A DNA stretch of 64,000 nt from Phenylobacterium sp. (GCF_020401865.1 NZ_JADCAS010000003.1), one strand, 5' to 3'; shown: positions 1 to 11,178, numbered from the stretch's first letter. Program-made: numbers and translations. Notes: a model not told the origin generated them from the sequence alone.

Positions 1-1703
<1,703 letters not shown>

Positions 1704-1719
1704 TCAAGCGTCTGTTCGG

Positions 1720-1815
1720 CGCCTTTCCCTTCGCCGGCATGACCCGGATCAGGTTCTGCGGGTCGCGGGCTCACCCGCCTCTCAGCCGCCTGAGCGCGGC
1801 TCCCCGAGGACAAGG
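1720..1815 (-). ncRNA. TPP (THI-box) riboswitch in the thiC leader
   Basis: Minus strand reads ctcggggagcc...ggCTGAGAggcgggtgagcccgcgACCCgcaGAACCTGATCcgggtcATGCCggCGAAGGGAaagg, which has the conserved GCTGAGA, ACCC, GAACCTGATC and GCG(A/T)AGGGA elements. Confidence 0.93.
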
Positions 1816-1899
1816 AACCCTAGGCCGGAATCCCGGAGCTGGAAAGGAAAAGGGCGGCCGCCGCACCGGCGACCGCCCCATTCCGTTCCCGAGTGGGGC

Positions 1900-4026
1900 T
1901 CAGCCCTTCGGCGTCGCCGCCGTCCCGGCCGCAGTGCGGGTCTGGGACTTTTTCGACTCGGTGAGGATGTAGGCGCGCAGGTCCTCCACCTCCTTGGCGT
2001 TCAGGAACCGCGAGAAGCTCGCCATGCCGCGGCTGGCCAGGGCCCCGTCCAGCATGACCGACTTGAAGCTGTCGGCAGTGAGCAGCATCTGCGACTTCTT
2101 CAGGTCGGGCAGGTAGGTCCCGGAGACGCTGGGTCCATGACAGACCTGGCAGTTCTCGTGGTAGAGCGCAAAACCGTTCTTCACATCGCCCTTGCCGGCG
2201 ACGACCTGGGTGAGGTCCAGGGGCGGGATTTCCGGTATGACGTAGGGCTTGGCGGTCGCCTTGCCCCCCAGCTTGAAGACCATCAGCCGGCCAGGCAGGC
2301 GCGGCCGGTCCTTCAGCATGATCGAGGCCGAGGTCGCCGCTGCGCCGCCGTAGCCCACCATGAGGGCGACGTACTGCTCGCCGTCGAGCTCGTAGGTGGA
2401 CGGGGCGGCGACGATGCCGTTGCCGGTATCCAGGCTCCAGAGCTTCTTGCCGGTGGCGGCTTCGTAGGCGACGAAATCCCCCTCTCCGGCGCCCTGGAAG
2501 ACCAGGCCGCCCGCGGTCGACAGAACGCCGCCGTTCCAGAAGAAGGGATGCTCGATCGTCCAGCGCGCCTTGCCGGCCACCGGATCCCAGGCGATGAGCT
2601 GTCCCTTGTAGAGGGCTTTGATTGCCTTCAGCTGGGCGGCGTCGTCGGGCAGGGCGTTGGCGAGGATGTCGGTGCCGACATTCCAAGCGCCCGCCTTGTA
2701 CTTGAAGTCCTTCACGTTGGTGTACGCAAAGGGTGCGGTGTGGGCAGGGATGTAGACCAGACCCTCCTTGGGATTAAAGGCCATCGGATGCCAGTTATGG
2801 GCGCCCAACGGGCCTGGAAGGGCCATGGCCGGAGCCTTCTCATACCGCGCGCCTTCAACCTCGATCGGCCGTCCGGTCTTCAGGTCCACCCCTTTGGCCC
2901 AGGTGACCGGAGCATAGGGGTTGGCGGAAATCAGCTGCCCGGTCGCCCGATCGATGACGTAGAAGAAACCGTTCTTGGGCGCCTGCATCAACACCTTGCG
3001 CGGCTGGCCGCCGACTGTCAGGTCGGCGAGGATCATGTGCTGCGTGGCGGTGTAGTCCCAGCTCTCGCCCGGAGTGGTCTGGTAGTGCCAGACATACTCG
3101 CCTGTGTCTGGTTTCAGCGCCAGGATGGAGGAGACGAACAGGTTGTCGCCCTTACCATCTGAGCGCTTCTGGTGGTTCCAGGGGGTGCCGTTTCCCACAC
3201 CGAAGTAGACGATGTCCAAGGCCGGGTCATAGGCCATGGAGTCCCAGACGGTCGCGCCGCCGCCCGTCTTCTTCCAGGTCTCGCCGAACCAGGTGCCTGA
3301 GGCCTTCTCGGCCATGATCTTGTCCGAGGCCGCTCCATCCGGCTTTCCCTCGGGGTTGGGGGCCGTGTAGAAGCGCCAGACCATCTTGCCCGTGCCGGCG
3401 TCATAGGCGGAGACATAGCCGCGGACGCCGTACTCCGCGCCGCCGTTGCCGATCAGGACCTTGTCCTTCACGATCCGGGGCGCACCGGTGATGGTGTACG
3501 GCTTGGAGTTATCCGTGGTCTGGACCGACCAGACCGGCTTGCCGGTGTCGGCGTTCAGCGCGATGAGGCGCCCGTCGAGGGTGCCGAAATAGACCTTGCC
3601 CTTCCAGACGGCGACGCCCCGGTTCACCACGTCGCAGCAGGCGTCAAAGCCCTTGGCGCCATCGACCTTAGGATCATAGGACCACTTCAGGGCCCCGGTG
3701 CGCGCGTCGAGTGCGAAGACCTTTGACCAGGCGGTGGTGGTGTAGAGCACCCCGTCGACCATGACCGGCGTCGCTTCCTGGCCGCGGTCGGTATCGAACT
3801 CGTAGTACCAGGCGAGGCCGAGGTCCTTGACGTTCGAGATGTTGATCTTGTCGAGGGGGCTATAGCGCTGCTCGTCATAGGTACGGCCAACCGCCAGCCA
3901 TTCGCCGTTGGCGCTGGCCGCTGAAAGCCGCTCGCCATCGACGCGTCCCGCCTTGCCCCCAGCCTGGCTGCAGGCCGCCAGCAGTGCGGTCACGGCGAGT
4001 ATTCCCACAAGGCGCTGAAGCGTCAT
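1900..4026 (-). CDS. PQQ-dependent quinohemoprotein alcohol dehydrogenase (type II, C-terminal cytochrome c), lipoprotein
   Basis: True start is probably ATG 4026 (GGAGGA SD upstream), not 5592. Lipobox LLAAC, vicinal CC in ACCDVVNRG, PQQ beta-propeller W-motifs, WDYTA active-site motif and heme motif CQVCH. Confidence 0.9.
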   Translation of the reverse strand: MTLQRLVGILAVTALLAACSQAGGKAGRVDGERLSAASANGEWLAVGRTYDEQRYSPLDKINISNVKDLGLAWYYEFDTDRGQEATPVMVDGVLYTTTAWSKVFALDARTGALKWSYDPKVDGAKGFDACCDVVNRGVAVWKGKVYFGTLDGRLIALNADTGKPVWSVQTTDNSKPYTITGAPRIVKDKVLIGNGGAEYGVRGYVSAYDAGTGKMVWRFYTAPNPEGKPDGAASDKIMAEKASGTWFGETWKKTGGGATVWDSMAYDPALDIVYFGVGNGTPWNHQKRSDGKGDNLFVSSILALKPDTGEYVWHYQTTPGESWDYTATQHMILADLTVGGQPRKVLMQAPKNGFFYVIDRATGQLISANPYAPVTWAKGVDLKTGRPIEVEGARYEKAPAMALPGPLGAHNWHPMAFNPKEGLVYIPAHTAPFAYTNVKDFKYKAGAWNVGTDILANALPDDAAQLKAIKALYKGQLIAWDPVAGKARWTIEHPFFWNGGVLSTAGGLVFQGAGEGDFVAYEAATGKKLWSLDTGNGIVAAPSTYELDGEQYVALMVGYGGAAATSASIMLKDRPRLPGRLMVFKLGGKATAKPYVIPEIPPLDLTQVVAGKGDVKNGFALYHENCQVCHGPSVSGTYLPDLKKSQMLLTADSFKSVMLDGALASRGMASFSRFLNAKEVEDLRAYILTESKKSQTRTAAGTAATPKG

Positions 4027-4077
4027 CGTTTCCTCCCCCGGATGCCCCATCTGGGCCTCTGCGGAGTATGCCCAGCA

Positions 4078-4103
4078 GGAACAGAACGGCAAGCCGTGAC
4101 GTT
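4078..4103 (+). promoter_or_regulatory. Candidate EcfG/SigT-type promoter (GGAAC-N17-CGTT) upstream of tacA
   Basis: GGAAC at 4078-4082 and CGTT at 4100-4103. The -10 element is overlapped by the inverted repeat GTGACG-TTG-CGTCAC (4096-4110). Confidence 0.45.
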
Positions 4104-4230
4104 GCGTCACTTGCCTTGAGCGGCGGCCTCGTGCTCTTGGGCCGGAAACCTGGCCTTTACCTGAACCTGCGACGCTCTCAAGCTTGGCGGGTCCGACCGC
4201 CAGCAGAAGACCCGCGGGGGAAGCCGGTCC

Positions 4231-5694
4231 ATGAGCAAGACCATCCTTGTGGTGGACAATGATCCGACCCAGAGGCGCCCGATCACGGCGGTCCTCGAGC
4301 GGGAAGGCTTTGCAGTGACCCTGCTTCTGAGCGGGGACGCCCTGCTGGATCATCTGGCCAAGGGCGGAGCCTGCGACGTTATCCTCCTCGACCTGGTCTT
4401 GCCTGGCCGGTCGGGTATCGAGACCCTTGTCGATCTGAGGGCGCGCGGACACCAGCACCCGGTCATCGTCCTGACCGCCTCTGGCGGGATCGACACCGTT
4501 GTCTCGGCCATGCAGGCGGGCGCCTGCGACTTTTTCGTCAAGCCCGCCTCGCCCGAGCGGATCGCCATCTCCATCAACAACGCCCTGTCCATCGGCGCCC
4601 TGAGGTCCGAGGTCGCCCAGCTGCGCAAGCGTGCAGAGGGTCGAACGACCTTTGACGATCTCGTCGGGAATTCGCCTGCGATGCAACTCGTCCGGCGCAT
4701 GGGAGAGCGGGCCGCCCGATCCTCTATCCCCATCCTGATTTCCGGGGAGAGCGGAGTCGGCAAAGAAGTGATCGCTCGCGCCGTTCACGGCTCCTCGGAC
4801 CGCGCCGGCCGACCCTTCGTGGCGATCAACTGCGGCGCCATTCCGGCGACCCTGGTGGAATCCATCTTGTTCGGTCACGAGAAGGGGAGTTTCACAGGCG
4901 CTACGGAGCGTCACGCCGGTAAGTTCCAGGAGGCCAACGGCGGCACCTTGCTGCTCGACGAGATCGGCGAATTGCCCATGGACATTCAGGTGAAGCTGCT
5001 TCGGGTGCTTCAGGAGGGCGAAGTCGATCCGGTGGGTGCGCGCCGCCCCGTCAAGGTCGATGTGCGCATCATCTCGGCGACGAACCGGAACCTCGTCCAG
5101 GCGGTCTCCGAAGGCCTTTTCCGCGAGGACCTCTTCTATCGCCTCAATGTCTTCCCCATCGAGGCCCCGCCCCTGCGGGAGCGCCGGGAGGATATTCCGA
5201 CCCTCGTTCAGGCCTTCATCCAGCGGTTCAACATCGAGGAAGGACGCCCGGTGTCCGGGGCGACGCAGGAGACGATTGACCTCCTGGTCCAGCACGATTG
5301 GCCGGGGAACATCCGGCAGCTCGAAAACGCCGTTTACCGCGCCATCATCCTTGCGGACGGGCCCCAGCTTCAGCCGTACGATTTTCCGGCGATCTCGGGT
5401 CTGTCGCCGCCAACGGGACCGAACCCGGCGGCGTCTTGTCCCGATGTTGATCTCCGGTCGACCCCGGACGCCATCCATCCCCCACAGGCAGACCCGCCAG
5501 TCCGGATTCTTGACGATGAGGGACATGTCCGGGCCCTCGACGCCATCGAGGGGGACCTGATCAAGCTGGCGATCGAGCGCTACGAGGGTCATATGAGCGA
5601 GGTCGCCCGGCGCCTTGGTATCGGTCGCTCCACACTCTATCGAAAGGTCCGTGAAAACGGCCTGGGAGAGTTCGCTGGCCTCGGCGGCGCCTGA
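4231..5694 (+). CDS. tacA: Sigma-54-dependent response regulator (REC-AAA+-Fis HTH), TacA-like
   Basis: REC domain (VVDNDPTQRR...LLDLVLP...FFVKP), Walker A GESGVGKE, GAFTGA variant GSFTGA, LDEIGE, FREDLFYRLNV and C-terminal HTH ARRLGIGRSTLYRK. The N-terminus and the linkage to gapR/rpmJ match Caulobacter tacA. Confidence 0.8.
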   Translation: MSKTILVVDNDPTQRRPITAVLEREGFAVTLLLSGDALLDHLAKGGACDVILLDLVLPGRSGIETLVDLRARGHQHPVIVLTASGGIDTVVSAMQAGACDFFVKPASPERIAISINNALSIGALRSEVAQLRKRAEGRTTFDDLVGNSPAMQLVRRMGERAARSSIPILISGESGVGKEVIARAVHGSSDRAGRPFVAINCGAIPATLVESILFGHEKGSFTGATERHAGKFQEANGGTLLLDEIGELPMDIQVKLLRVLQEGEVDPVGARRPVKVDVRIISATNRNLVQAVSEGLFREDLFYRLNVFPIEAPPLRERREDIPTLVQAFIQRFNIEEGRPVSGATQETIDLLVQHDWPGNIRQLENAVYRAIILADGPQLQPYDFPAISGLSPPTGPNPAASCPDVDLRSTPDAIHPPQADPPVRILDDEGHVRALDAIEGDLIKLAIERYEGHMSEVARRLGIGRSTLYRKVRENGLGEFAGLGGA

Positions 5695-5702
5695 ACCTCG
5701 GC

Positions 5703-6050
5703 TCAGACCTGCTCGTCCCCTCCCTCAGAGTCCTCGGGCCTACGGCTCCGGCCGGGACGACGATGGCCGAAGCGGCGGCCCGGGACGGGCGCGTCGCCTG
5801 AGGCCTTGGCGGCGATTTCCTTGAGCTTGCGCTGCTGGAGGGCGGACAGGGCCTGGCCGGGGGCGCCTTTCTCGGGATCACCGAAGGCGCGGCCATAGGT
5901 CTGTATCCGGGTCTCGACGGACCCGAGGAACTCGCCCTCCCAGTCTGAAAGGTCGACGCCCGCGCGGTCCGCCTTGCGTCGGGTCCGCCGCAGCGCGTTG
6001 AGAGCGGCCCTGCGCGCGGCCTCTCTGGGGTCGGCGGGACCGCGCCTCAA
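5703..6050 (-). CDS. Conserved hypothetical protein, coupled to gapR
   Basis: TTG start overlaps the gapR stop. Non-random core [29 protein letters not shown]. Confidence 0.6.
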   Translation of the reverse strand: MRRGPADPREAARRAALNALRRTRRKADRAGVDLSDWEGEFLGSVETRIQTYGRAFGDPEKGAPGQALSALQQRKLKEIAAKASGDAPVPGRRFGHRRPGRSRRPEDSEGGDEQV

Positions 6051-6313
6051 ATCTCGCCGATCGCCGAGAGATAGAGGTCGAGGATGGCTTCCTCCTCCTG
6101 CCGCTTGGCGCGGTCCTGTTTGCGCAGCCGGACCACCTTGCGGAGAATCTTCACGTCGAAGCCCGCACCCTTGGCCTCGGCGAAGACCTCCTTGATCTGC
6201 TCCATGACCTCCGCCTTTTCCTGCTCGAGGCGCTCGATCCGCTCGACAATGGTGCGCAGCCGCCCCTGGGCGTCCTGGTTCAGAACATCGGAATGGGCGT
6301 CGTCGCCGGCCAT
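6047..6313 (-). CDS. gapR: DUF2312 nucleoid-associated protein GapR
   Basis: 88 aa with [15 protein letters not shown]...[26 protein letters not shown]...EEEAILDLY, the DUF2312 signature. Confidence 0.9.
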   Translation of the reverse strand: MAGDDAHSDVLNQDAQGRLRTIVERIERLEQEKAEVMEQIKEVFAEAKGAGFDVKILRKVVRLRKQDRAKRQEEEAILDLYLSAIGEI

Positions 6314-6462
6314 GAAGTCAGGCTCCTGCAGAATTGTGTCGGGGTTGCGGCGCAGACCCTAGCGAGGGCCGCTGGTCGTGTCGCGCGCACGCTTCAGGCT
6401 GTGGAGCCCGAATCCAGGATCATCTGTGGAAAACCGCCCGATCGCGCCGGGCGCTAACCGCC

Positions 6463-6588
6463 TCAGCCCTGCTTGGCCTTGAAGCGAGGGTCGGTCTTGT
6501 TGATCACGTAAACCACACCCTTGCGGCGCACCAGCTTGCAGTCGCGGTGGCGGGTCTTGAGCGACTTGAGCGAGCTTCTGACCTTCAT
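6463..6588 (-). CDS. rpmJ: 50S ribosomal protein L36 (Zn-ribbon-less type)
   Basis: [41 protein letters not shown] (41 aa); start corrected to ATG 6588. Confidence 0.96.
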   Translation of the reverse strand: MKVRSSLKSLKTRHRDCKLVRRKGVVYVINKTDPRFKAKQG

Positions 6589-6643
6589 GACCTTCGTCTT
6601 CTCTGGGTACGGGACATTAGCCCTGGCGACCGAGTGAGCGGCG

Positions 6644-6672
6644 CGTATACGGAACCCCCGACGGCAAGTCAA
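6644..6672 (-). promoter_or_regulatory. Sigma-70 promoter of rpmJ
   Basis: Minus strand TTGACT (6672-6667), N17, TATACG (6649-6644). Confidence 0.7.
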
Positions 6673-6743
6673 TCAGCTGCCCGGACGCAAAGCGCGCGCC
6701 GGCGACGTTGCCCCTGACCCCGGCGCACCCTAACTGTTTCCGC

Positions 6744-7961
6744 ATGAAGCGTCGCACCTTCCTGGTCACTGCAGCGGCTGCGCTCGCCACACCCGCCGTA
6801 GGCGCCGGTCCTCAGAGCGATCCTTTGACCGCCCAGGATGCGGCCTTCGCGGAGTGGCTCTCAACGTTCAGGATCACCGCCCTCGCCTCCGGCCTGCCCG
6901 CAGACGTCCTTGAACGAGAGCTGGCGGGCCTGCAGCCGGACCCCCGCGTCCGGGGATCCGACCGGAACCAGCCGGAGTTCTCCCGCCCGTTCAGTCATTA
7001 CGTGAAGCGAGCCGCAGGCGAGGATCGCGCAGCAATCGGTCGACGCCGGATGGCCGAACTCGACGCCTCGCTTGCGGGCGCCGAGGCCGCCTCAGGCGTG
7101 CCCCGGGAGATGCTCGTTGCGATCTGGGGCATGGAATCCGGCTACGGCGCCTTCCTGGGAGACCATGACGTCATCCGCTCGATGGCCACTCTTGCAGCGG
7201 ATGGCCGCCGCCGCGGCTTCGCCGAGGACCAGCTCCTGGCGACCCTGCGGATCATCGCGTCTGGGGAATGGCCGCGGGAGCGACTGGTCGGGTCCTGGGC
7301 CGGCGCCATGGGGCAGACCCAGTTCATCCCCTCCAACTTCCTCTCCCTGGCGTTGGACGCCGACGGCGACGGCCGTCGCGATGTCTGGGGCTCCCCGCTC
7401 GACGCCCTCGCTTCCGCCGCCAATCTTCTGGCGACGTCTGGCTGGGCCCGGGGGCAGGGATGGGCCCTGGAGGTGGCCGCCCCGGACAACTTCGACTACT
7501 CGGTGAGCGAGACCTTGAGCGCCTCACCCGCCGTCTGGAGCGACCTTGGGCTCATGCGGGCTGACGGCGGCCCGCTGGGCCTGGACGCATCTGAGGCGAC
7601 GCTGCTGGCCCCGACAGGGGCCAAGGGTCCCCTCTTCCTGCTGATGGCCAACCACTTCGTGATCCGGCGCTACAACAACGCCGTCACCTATGCCCTCGCC
7701 GGCGGCCTCCTTGCCGACAGTATCGCCGGCCGGCCTGGCCTCGTCCGGCCCTGGCCGGAGGAGGTTCCCCTCTCCCTCGCCGATCGGATCTCCGCCCAGG
7801 CGGCGCTGCAGGCGGCGGGCTATGACGTCGGCGAGCCGGATGGGGTCATCGGGCTGAAATCCCGCGCTGCCCTGCGGGCCTGGCAGAAGTCTCGCGGCCT
7901 GGTGGCGGACGGGTACCTTTCACCAGACATGGTCGCCCTGCTGCGGGGCCCCGAAGCCTAG
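6744..7961 (+). CDS. Lytic murein transglycosylase (MltB/SLT_2 family) with C-terminal peptidoglycan-binding domain
   Basis: Tat-like signal MKRRTFL, catalytic IWGMESGYG, GSWAGAMGQTQFIPS, IRRYNNA, and PG-binding GEPDGVIGLKSRAALRAWQ. Confidence 0.9.
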   Translation: MKRRTFLVTAAAALATPAVGAGPQSDPLTAQDAAFAEWLSTFRITALASGLPADVLERELAGLQPDPRVRGSDRNQPEFSRPFSHYVKRAAGEDRAAIGRRRMAELDASLAGAEAASGVPREMLVAIWGMESGYGAFLGDHDVIRSMATLAADGRRRGFAEDQLLATLRIIASGEWPRERLVGSWAGAMGQTQFIPSNFLSLALDADGDGRRDVWGSPLDALASAANLLATSGWARGQGWALEVAAPDNFDYSVSETLSASPAVWSDLGLMRADGGPLGLDASEATLLAPTGAKGPLFLLMANHFVIRRYNNAVTYALAGGLLADSIAGRPGLVRPWPEEVPLSLADRISAQAALQAAGYDVGEPDGVIGLKSRAALRAWQKSRGLVADGYLSPDMVALLRGPEA

Positions 7962-8034
7962 GGGTTCAGCGTTCGCGGCGGGTGGATGGAAAGGAGCCCA
8001 TTTCCCCGGACCGCTTTTATTCGCTTCCGGCAGC

Positions 8035-8060
8035 GGAACAGGAAGGAAGTCGGAACCGTT
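8035..8060 (+). promoter_or_regulatory. Candidate EcfG/SigT-type promoter (GGAAC-N17-CGTT) pointing antisense into chaC
   Basis: GGAAC at 8035-8039 and CGTT at 8057-8060, in the intergenic gap between convergent genes. Confidence 0.35.
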
Positions 8061-8085
8061 GGGGGCGTGTCCCGTCGAAGAGACT

Positions 8086-8646
8086 TCACACGCAAGACCC
8101 GGGCTCCATTCCCTCTTCCCGCCCCAGTTCGGTCGCCCGAACGAGGAGCCGCTCCATGCTGCGGTCGCGGATGCCCGCGTCGCGCAGATGGGCCACAAGG
8201 TCGCGAAGATAGACGATGTTGAGCCCGGACAGGCCGCTTGCCCCGGCGATCAGACGAGCCTGGGCCTCGAGCGAAAGGCTACCGGCCCACTGAGGGTGGC
8301 GCCGATCGGAGAGGAAGGTCAGGCATGGCGCGCGCTCCCCGGCGTCCAGCCGGACAGTCACTTCGGCCTCCACATAGGTCTCGGTCGGCTGCTCGCGCTC
8401 GCGCAGGTAGGCCCGGACCTCGGGCCAGAGGTCGGCGGTCACCCGGTAGGCGACTCCGCGCACGGAGCCGCCGGGGGTCAGGCCGAGCACCAGACCTGGT
8501 CGCTCCGGCGTCCCCCGGTGGTGGACGGAATAGATGCAGAAGGCGCGACGCCGACCCTGTAGTATAGCGGGACGACGCTCGGCCCAATCAAAGCCTGGTC
8601 GCCACATCAGAGACCCGTAACCGAACACCCACCGATCCGCCGACAT
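8086..8646 (-). CDS. chaC: Gamma-glutamylcyclotransferase, ChaC family
   Basis: WVFGYGSLMWRPG, HRGTPERPGLVLGL and YLREREQ motifs. Start at ATG 8646 (or 8658). Confidence 0.88.
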   Translation of the reverse strand: MSADRWVFGYGSLMWRPGFDWAERRPAILQGRRRAFCIYSVHHRGTPERPGLVLGLTPGGSVRGVAYRVTADLWPEVRAYLREREQPTETYVEAEVTVRLDAGERAPCLTFLSDRRHPQWAGSLSLEAQARLIAGASGLSGLNIVYLRDLVAHLRDAGIRDRSMERLLVRATELGREEGMEPGSCV

Positions 8647-8683
8647 CGCCGACCGCATGCCCTCTCTTGCCAATTCCGACTCC

Positions 8684-9682
8684 ATGCCCCAGGCGCCCGG
8701 CGCGCGCAAACCCCCACGACTCGGCCTCTGGATACCTTTTGGGATCGCCGGGATTCTGGCGGCCGCCTGGAGCGCTGGCTGGCTTCTCGCCGCACGGGAG
8801 GTGGAGCGTCGCCTTGACGCCGGCGTCCGCACTCTCGCCTCGGGCGGCATCGCGGTCGAATGGTCGGGAAAACGGTTGTCCGGCTATCCCTTCCGTCTCA
8901 ACCTGGACATGACCGACCTGCGGGTCGACGCCGGGAGCTGGGCGGTCAGGATCCCGCAGTTCGAGGCCCAGGCCTTCCTCCACGCCCCCCGCTCCTGGCT
9001 GGCGGCTGCGCCAGAGGGGCTGACGGTGTTCCGGCCGGAGGGCGGTGGCCTTGAGGTGCGCGGTCGACGCCTGCTGTCCAGCCTGGTCCTGCCCGGGACC
9101 GGCCCGCTGCGTCTCTCCGCTGAGGGGCTGGACCTGTCCTTCTCCCCAACGCCCGGCGCCCGGCCCTTCGCCCTGGCCAGGGCGGGGCGGCTGGAGTTTC
9201 ACCTGCGACCCGGCCCGGGCGATCGTGCGGCGGTCTTCCTGCGACTGGAGGAGGGGGCGCCCACTCCCGGCCGGCTGTTCGCCGACCTCGGGAGCGGCGG
9301 CGGCGTGTCGGCGGCGGTGGACGCCCGCATTGACCACACCTCCGCCCTGCGGGGCGGGACCCCGGCCCGGGCCCTGGCCGCCTGGGGTGCGGCGGGGGGA
9401 CAGCTTGACCTGAACGAGGCGGGAATGACTGCTGGACAAACCCGGGTCTCCCTGGGGACTACAGGCCTGCGGGCTGCAGCCGATGGACGCCTGGAGGGCC
9501 GGGTGACAATCACGGCGGCAAGGGCTCCCACCCTGCTGGCCACCCTCGCGCGGCATGGCGTCCTTTCGCCAACCGAGGCCGCAGGCGGCATCGCGGCCGC
9601 ACTCCTTCTCGCAAAGGATCGCGGAGACGATGTCCGCCTCGACCTCGACCTGTCCGGTGGCGACGTGCGGATCGCCCGTTAG
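8684..9682 (+). CDS. DUF2125 domain membrane-anchored protein
   Basis: N-terminal TM (LWIPFGIAGILAAAWSAGW) followed by SGYPFRLNL; divergent from chaC, the usual arrangement in alphaproteobacteria. Confidence 0.7.
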   Translation: MPQAPGARKPPRLGLWIPFGIAGILAAAWSAGWLLAAREVERRLDAGVRTLASGGIAVEWSGKRLSGYPFRLNLDMTDLRVDAGSWAVRIPQFEAQAFLHAPRSWLAAAPEGLTVFRPEGGGLEVRGRRLLSSLVLPGTGPLRLSAEGLDLSFSPTPGARPFALARAGRLEFHLRPGPGDRAAVFLRLEEGAPTPGRLFADLGSGGGVSAAVDARIDHTSALRGGTPARALAAWGAAGGQLDLNEAGMTAGQTRVSLGTTGLRAAADGRLEGRVTITAARAPTLLATLARHGVLSPTEAAGGIAAALLLAKDRGDDVRLDLDLSGGDVRIAR

Positions 9683-9690
9683 GGCGGGGA

Positions 9691-11178
9691 TCAGGCGGCC
9701 TCTTGCACCTTTGCGATCGGGTTGGAGAAGTGCATGACGCCGTCTTCCAGACCGGAGAACCTCAGCGAAGCCAGGTCCAAGGCGTAGTTCTGATGCAGCT
9801 TCCAGGGCGCGGTCACGCCCTGCTTTGGGAAGTCGCCGATCGACCTCTGGACATACCCCGAGGTGAAATCCAGCCAGGGCGCGGTCTCGGGCGGTGGCGC
9901 CTCGAGCACCGGGGTGCACTGGCGCAGACCCTTGCGGCGCATATGGTTGAGCAGCCGGCAGACGTACTCGCAGGTGAGGTCGCACTTCAGCGTCCAGGAG
10001 GCGTTGGTGTAGCCGAAGGCCGAGGCGAGGTTGGGTACGTTCGAGTACATCATGCCCTTGTAGCTCAGCGTGTCCGCTGGCCGGACCGGGGCGCCGTCCA
10101 CGGTCAGGGCGATGCCGTTCATGGCCTGTAACCTCAGACCCGTCGCCGTGACGACGATGTCGGCGGCCAGCTCGACGCCGGACTTCAGCTTCAGGCCGGT
10201 CTCGGTGAAGGTCTCGATCTCGCCGGTCACCACCGAGGCCGAACCGGTCTTCAGGGCGTGGAAGAAGTCGCCGTCAGGGGCCAGGCAAAGGCGCTGGTCC
10301 CAGGGGTTGTAGCGCGGGGAGAAGTGGGTCTCGACGTCGAAGTCCGGGCCCAGGGTCACGCGCACCTGATCGACGATGGCCTTCTTCACCTGCTCCGGTT
10401 TCCGGCGGGCGAAGCGGTAGAAGACCATCCCCATCAGCACGTTGCGCCAGCGGATGAGCTGGTAGGCCAGGGTCTCGGGAAGGAACTGCCGGAGCTTCAG
10501 AGCCAGGGCGTCCTCGCCAGGCCGGGCCACGATGTAGGTGGGCGAACGCTGGAGCATGGTCACATGACCGGCGGTTCGCGCCATCTCGGGGACCAGAGTC
10601 ACCGCGGTCGCGCCCGAGCCGATCACCACCACCCGCTTGCCGGAATAGTCCAGGTCGTCGGGCCAGGCCTGCGGATGAATGATGCGGCCGGCAAACCGGT
10701 CCATGCCGGCGAAGTCCGGGGTGTAGCCGCCCTGGTAGGAGTAGTAGCCGCCGCACAGGAAGAGGAAGTTGCAGGTGAAGGTAGCGGGGCCGTCGGGCGT
10801 CTCGGCCGTGAGAGTCCAGAGGGCGCTCTCGCTGGACCAGGCGGCGGCGGTCACCTTATGCCCGAAGCGGATCCGGTCCTCGATGCCCTCATCACGCGCC
10901 GTGTCGCGGATATAGCGCAGGATGGAGGGACCGTCGGCGATGGCCTTGGCCTCGGTCCAGGGCCGGAAGGAATAACCCAGGGTGTACATGTCCGAGTCCG
11001 AGCGGATGCCCGGATACCGGAAGAGGTCCCAGGTGCCGCCGATCGACTGCCGGCCCTCAAGCAGCAGGAAGCTGCGGTCGGGACAGGCCGTCTTCAGGTG
11101 CCGGGCGGCGCCGATCCCGGACAAGCCCGCCCCGATGATGACCACGTCGGCATGGGTCGCTGCACTGATCTCCGCCAT
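9691..11178 (-). CDS. FAD-containing Baeyer-Villiger-type monooxygenase (EthA/AlmA-like)
   Basis: GAGLSG, GGTWDLFRYPGIRSDSD, BVMO fingerprint FAGRIIHPQAWP and second Rossmann GSGATA. Confidence 0.9.
   Translation of the reverse strand: MAEISAATHADVVIIGAGLSGIGAARHLKTACPDRSFLLLEGRQSIGGTWDLFRYPGIRSDSDMYTLGYSFRPWTEAKAIADGPSILRYIRDTARDEGIEDRIRFGHKVTAAAWSSESALWTLTAETPDGPATFTCNFLFLCGGYYSYQGGYTPDFAGMDRFAGRIIHPQAWPDDLDYSGKRVVVIGSGATAVTLVPEMARTAGHVTMLQRSPTYIVARPGEDALALKLRQFLPETLAYQLIRWRNVLMGMVFYRFARRKPEQVKKAIVDQVRVTLGPDFDVETHFSPRYNPWDQRLCLAPDGDFFHALKTGSASVVTGEIETFTETGLKLKSGVELAADIVVTATGLRLQAMNGIALTVDGAPVRPADTLSYKGMMYSNVPNLASAFGYTNASWTLKCDLTCEYVCRLLNHMRRKGLRQCTPVLEAPPPETAPWLDFTSGYVQRSIGDFPKQGVTAPWKLHQNYALDLASLRFSGLEDGVMHFSNPIAKVQEAA

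Noticed and set aside
4027-4230. Sigma-54 (-24/-12) promoter for the PQQ dehydrogenase controlled by the adjacent activator
   Set aside because: No GG-N10-GC TGGCAC/TTGC match found on the minus strand. The activator looks like the developmental regulator TacA, so adjacency is probably coincidental.
4027-5592. Apparent 520-aa N-terminal extension making the PQQ dehydrogenase 1230 aa
   Set aside because: It is the antisense of tacA read in frame. The SD and lipoprotein signal place the real start at 4026.
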